24,047 bases of DNA from a virus (lineage: Duplodnaviria; Caudoviricetes), in IMG/VR virus record IMGVR_UViG_3300005259_000049, positions 1-24,047 of that record; one strand, given 5' to 3'. Shown here piece by piece: positions 8,772 through 16,289 of the stretch. The notes beneath the pieces are model-generated. The model had not been told where the DNA came from. It searched no databases and saw only the letters and a program-made list of their open reading frames with translations. Position numbers and translations under genes: made by a program. Position 1 is the first letter of the stretch, and every line of letters begins with the position of its first letter.

Positions 8772-9572
8772 TTATGGTGTATCAATTCCTATATTATTAG
8801 CGTAATCTAATATAGATATTACCCTATCTATCGCATGGGATAGTGTAAATGCAACATGTGCTTTCCCTTTATACTCTTTGATATACGCCTTCGTATGCTC
8901 TAAATGCCCAGTGAAACCCACAGTTTTGCAGAGTACTGAGCTAGTCAGCTCTGCTACAACTTCGCTGAAGGCGTAATCTTCGCTTTTTCCTGGTACCTCG
9001 TTATCAATAGCATGCCCTAGCTCATGGAACCATGTTGTCACATCATCGGTCCCTAATAATATTTCCTTAGAATCCGGCTTGAAGAATCCATAGGCATCTA
9101 CGGTTAGCCCAGGGCATACCTTCACCCCCAAGTGGTCAGCAACCGCCTTCAATGGCAGCTTATCGATCTCGAATCTCTTCCCTTCAAGCCCTTCATATGG
9201 CAATGCCTCTCCTTCCGTCTGGTCAGATGCGAACACCGGGCAGCACCGAAAGCCCACAAGCTTTGATTCCGCCTCTTCACTTTCCTCCTCAGGCGGATTC
9301 TTTGCCATGACAGGAACGAGGATAAACGCCGACCTCGCACCCTTCTTCACCCTCCGGCCCACCTTGTTCCACTGATCAAACCCCCGGCAATCAAGGTTCA
9401 TGGTCCTGGAAAGTACTGCCATCTTATTGAGAGACGACCATTTCATCGCCGGAACCTCAATGTTCATCGATTTATAAAACATGTTCTTCTCTACAAATTG
9501 AGCTAAGCCGTCGCCTTCGATGTACTTCACTACACTATCCAGGGTGAGCCTGGCATTTTCAGTGAGTCCCAT
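8772..9572 (-). CDS. ardC: ArdC-like antirestriction protein (ssDNA-binding domain plus zincin-like domain)
   Basis: GFDQWNKVGRRVKKG, VFASDQTEG, HELGH (HExxH), EVVAEL. Confidence 0.8.
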   Translation of the reverse strand: MGLTENARLTLDSVVKYIEGDGLAQFVEKNMFYKSMNIEVPAMKWSSLNKMAVLSRTMNLDCRGFDQWNKVGRRVKKGARSAFILVPVMAKNPPEEESEEAESKLVGFRCCPVFASDQTEGEALPYEGLEGKRFEIDKLPLKAVADHLGVKVCPGLTVDAYGFFKPDSKEILLGTDDVTTWFHELGHAIDNEVPGKSEDYAFSEVVAELTSSVLCKTVGFTGHLEHTKAYIKEYKGKAHVAFTLSHAIDRVISILDYANNIGIDTP

Positions 9573-9610
9573 AGTATGTCTCCTTGAAGTTTTCTGATGT
9601 CAGAAGATAG

Positions 9611-9644
9611 AAAAGCCCGGTATGCCGCATGACATATCGGGCTT
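9611..9644 (-). terminator. Hairpin / probable terminator upstream of ardC
   Basis: AAGCCCG-TATG...CATA-CGGGCTT inverted repeat with TTTT on the minus-strand 3' side. Confidence 0.45.
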
Positions 9645-9794
9645 ATGCATCCCCTTGTAAGGAAAGAAGCTATTTGTTGACGATAGACATTATCAGCGTT
9701 AGTCTTATAAGGCCCGCTGATTCCTGAGGCGATTCCCCAGGCTCGAAGGAGTGAAAGGCTATCGACGTTGCTCCTGTCGGCGGGCACTTCATCA

Positions 9795-9920
9795 TCAATA
9801 CCCAAACATTCTTAGTCCGAGCGTCCCCAAAGAAACCCCGACTCCAACCGTAAGCCCCAGGTAGAGTCCCATCCAGAAACGGTTATCTTTGCTTGCCCAG
9901 GTTAATCTCTTGCCAAGCAC
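9795..9920 (-). CDS. Small single-pass membrane peptide (41 aa)
   Basis: GTG at 9920 lies 6 nt after AAGGAGG; hydrophobic Gly-rich stretch FWMGLYLGLTVGVGVSLGTLGL. Confidence 0.45.
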   Translation of the reverse strand: MLGKRLTWASKDNRFWMGLYLGLTVGVGVSLGTLGLRMFGY

Positions 9921-10086
9921 CAAATTCCTCCTTATCGCAATTGAAAGATTCATCCGAAGCCTCACAAAGCGCCACGAACGGTCCGGGCATGCGAAATGCA
10001 CAATCCTGACAGAGATTGAGCGTTTTACGTTTCACCCATTGAAACTCATGCCCAATCACCCTAAAAACACGCCTGTAGTTGCTCAT
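9883..10086 (-). CDS. Small Cys-rich hypothetical protein
   Basis: RBS AGGAGAGG; CQDC...C...C; first gene after a leftward TTGACA at 10136-10141. Confidence 0.55.
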   Translation of the reverse strand: MSNYRRVFRVIGHEFQWVKRKTLNLCQDCAFRMPGPFVALCEASDESFNCDKEEFGAWQEINLGKQR

Positions 10087-10163
10087 CACCTCTCCTGTAT
10101 AATACCGATGTATTGTTAGTACACTACATTTGTATTGTCAACAGGAAAAAGAGAGCTGGTACG

Positions 10164-10439
10164 TTATTTACAGGGAACCCACTGTATCTTAGGCGGCCTA
10201 TACAGGTCATCGGCATCATCGAAGGGAGTGCCGAAGGGCTTCTCAGGATCGGTGGTATAGGTTGCTTGTTTCACTGCAAAGAGCTTCTTGGCTGTTACTT
10301 TGACGATCTTCATATTCGGCTCCCACTTCTTTGAAGCCTCACAGCCGAGCCATTTAGCAATCCCGGCATTTGGAGCAATTATCGGGTAAATGCCTGTCCC
10401 GCCACCCTTATAGTAGACTTCCACTTCGTACTTCATCAT
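10164..10439 (-). CDS. Hypothetical protein
   Basis: 91 aa; ATGA overlap with the upstream gene. Confidence 0.65.
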   Translation of the reverse strand: MMKYEVEVYYKGGGTGIYPIIAPNAGIAKWLGCEASKKWEPNMKIVKVTAKKLFAVKQATYTTDPEKPFGTPFDDADDLYRPPKIQWVPCK

Positions 10440-10762
10440 AGACCAGCGCCCTCCCTCTTTAGCTCAACATGCTCAGCAACGATCCTGACTGATGACCGTT
10501 CAAAGCCGGATGCATCGATTGATTTTGTTTCCCGCAATCTGCCAACGACTCGTATCCCTCTCCCCTCTTTAACGATAAAAGCGATTTGCTCTCCCAATCG
10601 CCCTCCGGCCTCAACCTCGAAAGTTGACTCTTCTTTCATGCCATCATGCTTATAGCGGCAGGATATAATCGAAAACTCGCAAAGCTTGCCATCGGGAGCC
10701 GTGACGGTCCTCGGCTTCAATGCACATTTGCCTTCCAGAAGTATGCTATTCAGGCAATTCAC
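10436..10762 (-). CDS. Short SSB-like OB-fold protein lacking the acidic tail
   Basis: MNCLNSILLEG...GRGIRVVGRLRE...VRIVAEHVE, recalled as the pattern of the short spirochete SSB paralog. Confidence 0.8.
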   Translation of the reverse strand: MNCLNSILLEGKCALKPRTVTAPDGKLCEFSIISCRYKHDGMKEESTFEVEAGGRLGEQIAFIVKEGRGIRVVGRLRETKSIDASGFERSSVRIVAEHVELKREGAGL

Positions 10763-10950
10763 GCTTCTTCCTCCTCGTTTCGGTGTTCATTGAACTGGTG
10801 GACGATTATCACTCTTGATTCTTTCCCTATCTGGCTATTTGGATCTGTATTTGACTTTTTATTTATTGTCTTTTCTTCTTCTCTCTTCTTATCTCTAATC
10901 TCTTGAGCCTTCCTCAAGAATCCACTCCGAAATGCAATGACAGTACTCAT
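10759..10950 (-). CDS. Hypothetical protein
   Basis: 63 aa with 4-bp start/stop overlaps on both sides. Confidence 0.55.
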   Translation of the reverse strand: MSTVIAFRSGFLRKAQEIRDKKREEEKTINKKSNTDPNSQIGKESRVIIVHQFNEHRNEEEEA

Positions 10951-11495
10951 GCCGCGGCCTCCTCAGTTTCAAGCTTTCTCATTTCGGCAACGTACTTTTC
11001 ACATTCCTGGTACGTCCCCGATGCTTCGACATCCCCCTCCTCATTGAATACGTTGTAGGTGTCACCTTCCAGGTAGGCTTTCCAGGCCTGGAACTCTTGT
11101 TCGAGATAGCCTTTCAAGAGCTCTGCCCGATCCCTGTTGATCCTTTTCCAGCCCATGAGCTTCACGACGCTTTCAGGCTTTATGTAGATGAAGCCAAGCT
11201 TGCCGCAATCCCACTGACGATCGGGCCAGTTGCCATAGCCGCCCAAGGATACGGTGATGCCGGAGTGGTCATACATATAGATTTCCTTGAACAACCCCCA
11301 CTTCATCGCCCAAAGAAGATCCTTTCGGTAATCCTCGATATAGCCTGTAAGCCTGTCAGGATTCGAAAAGTTCTCATCGCCCAGGCAGTACCGCCTATGG
11401 CCTGTCACGATAGTCGTTAGGTTGTCACATTCTCGCCTTCCTAGAGGGTCCTGATCCTGGATGATTCTGTAGGTTTTGATACCTTCATTGCCCAT
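10947..11495 (-). CDS. Conserved phage/ICE hypothetical protein
   Basis: YMYDHSGITVS...WDCGKLGFIY...YLEGDTY motif, recalled from mobile-element proteins; start uncertain (11495/11498). Confidence 0.7.
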   Translation of the reverse strand: MGNEGIKTYRIIQDQDPLGRRECDNLTTIVTGHRRYCLGDENFSNPDRLTGYIEDYRKDLLWAMKWGLFKEIYMYDHSGITVSLGGYGNWPDRQWDCGKLGFIYIKPESVVKLMGWKRINRDRAELLKGYLEQEFQAWKAYLEGDTYNVFNEEGDVEASGTYQECEKYVAEMRKLETEEAAA

Positions 11496-11506
11496 CACGG
11501 CATCCT

Positions 11507-11731
11507 TCATGAATGGAAACTGTAGTGCGGTGTGCAATGCTCGTCGAAGATTGCACCCATGACGAATGGGCTTCGCGCCTCGCCCCGCCAGAATACGAGC
11601 GTGTAGTTGTTTTCACCCCATCCATCCTTGCTGATTGTTACCTTCTCGGCATTGATCTGCTGCCCATACCGATGCGCTTTTAGGAGAACGGCATCGGGGA
11701 TGTCCTTTAGTTCTTGCGAATCGACAATCAT
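11507..11731 (-). CDS. Hypothetical protein
   Basis: 74 aa, RBS AAGGGAG, in the operon. Confidence 0.6.
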   Translation of the reverse strand: MIVDSQELKDIPDAVLLKAHRYGQQINAEKVTISKDGWGENNYTLVFWRGEARSPFVMGAIFDEHCTPHYSFHS

Positions 11732-11796
11732 TATTACTCCCTTGTAGTCATTTTATATACTTCTGTATTCCTAATGATATAAAAACAGTACGCCCT

Positions 11797-12270
11797 TCAA
11801 CTTCCAAAGGAAGCGGCGATCTTTCCATGCTCCACAAAGCTGTAGGAGCCGTACTTCCCGATGATGAGGTGATCCAGAATCGGGATTCCCATGACTTCCC
11901 CGGCATCCTTTAGCCGCTTCGTGATCTCGATATCTTCCATGGAAGGCTCCACCGAGCCTGATGGATGGTTATGAGCAATAATGAGCGCCACCGCATTGTC
12001 CTTGATTGCCGCCCGGTATACTTCCCTCGGATGAATCAGGGTCTTGTTCACCAGGCCTTTCGTCACCGTATGCGTCCTGATCGGCTTATGGGCTCCATCG
12101 AGGCTTATCACGATGAAATGCTCCTGGGTTCGCTTGGCGAATGTTGCCAGGAGCTTCACGACATCCTTAGGTTGCTTAACCTGAACCTCCAAGACGATCC
12201 TTGAGATTGCCCCGCCGTAGTTGCCCTTCTCGATCATCGAAAGGACTTCTGACTTCTCCGACTCGTTCAA
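11797..12270 (-). CDS. radC: RadC-like JAB-domain protein
   Basis: QEHF, IHPREV, AHNHPSG..EPS..D, LDHLIIG; probable TTG start at 12270 overlapping the upstream TGA. Confidence 0.92.
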   Translation of the reverse strand: MNESEKSEVLSMIEKGNYGGAISRIVLEVQVKQPKDVVKLLATFAKRTQEHFIVISLDGAHKPIRTHTVTKGLVNKTLIHPREVYRAAIKDNAVALIIAHNHPSGSVEPSMEDIEITKRLKDAGEVMGIPILDHLIIGKYGSYSFVEHGKIAASFGS

Positions 12271-12434
12271 TTCTCCACCTCCCATACATCTAACGCTCTT
12301 TTGAGCGCCTTTAGCTTCAAAGCAGACCCAAGAAATTCTCTTGTACCTCCTGGCGTAACGCCATAGACCTGTTGCCCTTCGACCAGCATCATGAAGATGC
12401 CAAGGCCGAACCTGTAGTACATGCCGACTACCAT
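12267..12434 (-). CDS. Small hypothetical protein (55 aa, absent from ORF track)
   Basis: ATG at 12434 after AGGAGG; MVVGMYYRFGLGIFMMLVEGQQ...DVWEVEN; stop overlaps the radC start (TTGA). Confidence 0.6.
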   Translation of the reverse strand: MVVGMYYRFGLGIFMMLVEGQQVYGVTPGGTREFLGSALKLKALKRALDVWEVEN

Positions 12435-12639
12435 TGGTGAGACCTCCTATATTCTTTCGAGCTGCATGATTTGCTTATTGAATCAATAGAGTATTTATTA
12501 CTATTTTGCCAATCTATTTATTTTGCAATATATACATTTACAAGTGTAACATTTAGTAATATTCTAAAAATTTGGATATGGCTAAGGATCTTTGAATTTT
12601 ACAGATTCAATTAAATATTATCAAAAACAGGAGATGATT

Positions 12640-13377
12640 ATGAAGAAACTATTAATTGCTTTCACAATTATCTTAGCTTGTATGATTTTATTCGATTGTT
12701 CAATGCCAAGCGACGAAGATCTGGATTCTTTTCAACTTGATTATTCCGATTATGACCTAATTTTGAATTCATCGGCCTTAGCATATATAACCGATAACAA
12801 TGCTATTAATTGGTATACCAACAATAATGCTATCATAAGAATTTCAGCAACAAATGACCCAAAAATTGTAAAAATTACAGGTATGACACTTGGTACAGCA
12901 ACTTTAAGCTGCAATTACAAGTACAATAACGAAACTTACGAACGGACACGTACAATCCATGTAGTTAATCCTAACTATCCAACTACACCAATATTCGGTA
13001 ATTATGACGCATGGACCTATGTAAATTCACCAGGCTGGATAAAAGTAGAAAATGCAAGATTTACAATTTCTAGTACATCATTAGTGATGGCAGGGACGAC
13101 ACTCTTTCCGAATTCAAACAATATCTACAAAGATCAAAAGCTTTTTGCGCTAAATGGACAAATTTGGATGACATACAAATTGAATAATACTTTACAGAAA
13201 ACTTATCTTTTTGACTATTATTTTGAAGACAACACTCGATATGGAACAAAAGTACTTTGGATAAAAAATGATTCCACAAGTGACTATACAATATATTGGA
13301 AACCTTCAGCTGAAACCGCAGCATCTTCCTTAATAATTCCATACATTTTAGTAGGGAATACTCCTACGAATCCTTAG
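12640..13377 (+). CDS. Putative lipoprotein with Ig-like (Big_2-like) domain
   Basis: MKKLLIAFTIILACMILFDC signal; WYTNN..I....ITGMTLGTATLS Ig-like pattern; AT-rich. Confidence 0.6.
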   Translation: MKKLLIAFTIILACMILFDCSMPSDEDLDSFQLDYSDYDLILNSSALAYITDNNAINWYTNNNAIIRISATNDPKIVKITGMTLGTATLSCNYKYNNETYERTRTIHVVNPNYPTTPIFGNYDAWTYVNSPGWIKVENARFTISSTSLVMAGTTLFPNSNNIYKDQKLFALNGQIWMTYKLNNTLQKTYLFDYYFEDNTRYGTKVLWIKNDSTSDYTIYWKPSAETAASSLIIPYILVGNTPTNP

Positions 13378-13428
13378 CAGATATTTTTAAAGTCAAAGCT
13401 ATAAATGTTTTATTTAGGGGAGCATGAT

Positions 13429-14766
13429 ATGAAAAATAACCGCTCTTCGTTATCGCTTTTTATTTTTACCTTACTTTTGTTCGCTACTCTATTTGAGTTT
13501 TCTTGTTCCTTTTCACCAAAAATAGTTGACAATCCTATCATATCGCCTTCGCCTAACGCTGTCGGAGATTATGGCCCTATAGAAATTACAATATCATGCC
13601 CAACAGAGAATGCACAAATTAGGTACACAATCAATGGGAGCTATCCAAATAAAGATAGTGGTATTATCTATACAGGTCCATTTACAATAACGAAACTTAG
13701 TTCAATATCTGCTATCGCATTTACAAATGATGCAGTATCAAATGTGGTAACAAATTTGTACACTATCTGTAAAAAAATAAACCCACCAAATTTTAATATC
13801 CAAGAAGGTACTTATACCGGTTCACAAAGCATAGAGTTATCTAATGATGCTGGTGCCTTGGTTTCAATAAAATACACTCTTGATGGCACCACTCCCTCAC
13901 ATAAGCATGGCTTGACCTATAATGGTCCAATTAGTATTGAAAACACAACAACTATAAAAGCAATAGCACTATTTAACTACGGCCTACTTAACCCTCTTCC
14001 TAATGATGAAGGATATGGCGGAAATTCTGACCTAAGTAGCGCAAAATATACTGTAGAGAATAGCCTAAATTCACCAGAATTTAGCCTTGAATCAGGGGTG
14101 TACAATAACCAACAAACAGTATCGATAACATGTACCGATCCTGGGGTTACTATCAGGTATACAATCGATGGCTCTGATCCAACCACTACGGCTGGCATCG
14201 TTTACTCAAATCCAATTGCTATTACCTACTCTCATCCATTAAAAGCGATAGCATATATAGGTTCTAAAGCTTCTCAAATTAGTTGTACTGCTTATTGGAT
14301 TACTGGATCTTCAGGAGGACTAATATTTTATGGTAAAAGTTCACCTACTGACGGTTGGCAATTTATGGAAGCACATTTGTATGAAGGTACAGAGAATCCT
14401 CCCTGGGGAACAACAGCAATCCTTATCGGAACAGAAAGCGGGATAGGTACAGGTAAAAATAATACAGATAAAATTTCCTCTTATTTTAATGGGATAAGTA
14501 CAGCGGCTTCGTTATGCAAAGCTGCTAACGCATTTGGCTATGATGATTGGTTTTTACCATCAATCGATGAGTTGAGAGCATTTTTTATAAACGTTTGCGA
14601 ATATGACGAAGAAGATAAATTCAAAGGAGCTTTTTGGAGCTCTACTGAATATGGTGAGACGCATGCTTACATACTTTTACCAGCTGAGCCAAAAGAAGGA
14701 CCAAACTGGGTTACTTTTAAATCTTTGAGTACAGATTATAAAATACTACTTGCAAGAGAATACTGA
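13429..14766 (+). CDS. Putative lipoprotein: 3 Fn3-associated/chitobiase-like repeats plus DUF1566-like C-terminal domain
   Basis: Lipobox-like FSC; three I(R/K)YT(I/L)(N/D)G(S/T)xP repeats; GYDDWFLPSIDEL and FWSSTE motifs. Confidence 0.75.
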   Translation: MKNNRSSLSLFIFTLLLFATLFEFSCSFSPKIVDNPIISPSPNAVGDYGPIEITISCPTENAQIRYTINGSYPNKDSGIIYTGPFTITKLSSISAIAFTNDAVSNVVTNLYTICKKINPPNFNIQEGTYTGSQSIELSNDAGALVSIKYTLDGTTPSHKHGLTYNGPISIENTTTIKAIALFNYGLLNPLPNDEGYGGNSDLSSAKYTVENSLNSPEFSLESGVYNNQQTVSITCTDPGVTIRYTIDGSDPTTTAGIVYSNPIAITYSHPLKAIAYIGSKASQISCTAYWITGSSGGLIFYGKSSPTDGWQFMEAHLYEGTENPPWGTTAILIGTESGIGTGKNNTDKISSYFNGISTAASLCKAANAFGYDDWFLPSIDELRAFFINVCEYDEEDKFKGAFWSSTEYGETHAYILLPAEPKEGPNWVTFKSLSTDYKILLAREY

Positions 14767-14807
14767 TTATTCTCTGTTTGGTTTTAGTTTAATTAAATCA
14801 GTATTTA

Positions 14808-14828
14808 TATTAGGCTTGTCGCCTAATA
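14808..14828 (+). terminator. Hairpin after the lipoprotein operon
   Basis: TATTAGGC-TTGTC-GCCTAATA perfect 8-bp stem; weak U-tract. Confidence 0.35.
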
Positions 14829-14958
14829 CTCTTAAGCAATTGGGGCTAACGCCGGATCACAATAATGTGTTCCGGCGCTATAGATCCTATAAGCGAAACA
14901 GAGCTATTTTAGCTTACAATTAGCATTCTGCAAGTATAAATGTTAAAAAAAGGGATTA

Positions 14959-15005
14959 TGCTACAGCCCCGGAATTGAACCGGGCGACAACCCTATGCTG
15001 TAGCA
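14959..15005 (-). ncRNA. Minimal tRNA-like element (acceptor-like stem plus T arm, no anticodon arm)
   Basis: TGCTACAGC-ATAGGGTTGTCG-CCCGG-TTCAATT-CCGGG-GCTGTAGCA: 9-bp stem and a canonical 5-bp/7-nt T arm. Confidence 0.6.
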
Positions 15006-15636
15006 CGGACTACTCCCATTTGTATGATAGGCTAGCCCATTGAAGCTGTTTGTGGCCTAACGACTGGCCCATTCGACCCACTATGGCTCTTTGGTACTCC
15101 CCTCTTCGTATGGTGTCCCAGGCTAGAAGCATCCTGCATCCTCTAGGCATGGACTGACCCTACAATTCGCCTTCGCGCAAGGTGAATCGACGCTTAAGCG
15201 CCTGACCCATTCCGACTACATAGCGCCACAAAGTGGCTGCCCCGTCGGCTCAGATCGCCCACTACCCCTAGCAACCGCTCAGATGCTTCCAGCCTGTTCT
15301 ACCATACAAAGCTCTCAACGCTCATCGCGCATATCAAGGACGCTAACCTATTGCGGGTATAAAGAGGCTTACCCTATTGCATAGTGACAACACTACAACA
15401 GTATCCCTATAGAGCAAGATCCATGCTTTTGATGCGAGACTACGGGCTTGCCGATGGCGCGCCAGTCTACGCGAAAGCATGAGCCATGCCAATTTTATGG
15501 GAATTGTAGCTATGCAAACCGAAGGCCTATGAATACATAGTGCTTTCTATATATCGATTACCCGTAAAATTGCCCTATTGAGTGAAAGAAAAAATCGAGA
15601 CTAGGACACTTCCAGCGTCCCGGTGGGCAAAGCCCA

Positions 15637-16020
15637 CTACGCCCTATAATTCAAGACTTTCTGAGCTTCCTTGTGCAGCGTGTTTTTTGCCGTTGCCGAT
15701 GCTTTCAATACGTCGTCAAGCGTTGAGTGTTCCGTGATATGCCTATAGCAGGTCAAGAAAGGTCCTTTCACTATCTTTCCAGCTTTCCTGTCGAGTACAT
15801 AGCTTTTCACGACGTTGAAGGCTTCTATATCACTTCCCGCGGATTTTATGAGATTCACGGCTTTCCTAGTGCTCGCTTTCCTGCTTCCATACCGTGCCAC
15901 GCTTTGCGCTACCGCTTCCGGCTTCCCTGCCTGTATGCTTGCCATGAGAGCGGGAAGCATTGCTTTCATAGTATCCGCGACGATTGAAGAAATAAGTTTT
16001 TCCATTGCGATATTGTCCAT
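15637..16020 (-). CDS. Orphan basic protein (127 aa)
   Basis: RBS AAGGGG; Lys/Arg/Ala-rich; no recognisable motif. Confidence 0.65.
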   Translation of the reverse strand: MDNIAMEKLISSIVADTMKAMLPALMASIQAGKPEAVAQSVARYGSRKASTRKAVNLIKSAGSDIEAFNVVKSYVLDRKAGKIVKGPFLTCYRHITEHSTLDDVLKASATAKNTLHKEAQKVLNYRA

Positions 16021-16289
16021 ATATATGCCCCTTGTGTTGATTTTTAGGGCAATTATATAGGCAATCGAGATATTCCCTTCCCTTGTGGTGGCGGGTCAAG
16101 CTTTCAAGGTTCGGCAAGCATGGCGCGGGCTTTCTATAAAGCCCCTCAATTGAACGCATTTCACTGCGCGGGAAAGATAGGACACTTCCCTTTCTACAGT
16201 CGCCCTTGCGTACTAGACTGCAAGACTATCCGCTACTTGTCACGGCTTTACGTGACGGCTTGTAAAAGAACGGTATCGAAAATACTTTG

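Noticed and set aside
9530-9805. 91-aa ORF upstream of ardC
   Set aside because: Runs through a terminator-like hairpin, overlaps ardC and has no clear RBS.
14959-15005. Functional tRNA or tmRNA gene
   Set aside because: No D stem, anticodon arm or CCA; the acceptor-like stem closes locally rather than with a distant 5' end.
14767-15636. DGR template repeat for the upstream DUF1566-like gene
   Set aside because: No visible similarity to the 3' end of 13429-14766 and no RT in the window.
14991-15650. Telomere-like TTAGGG array
   Set aside because: Motifs are dispersed and degenerate, not tandem.
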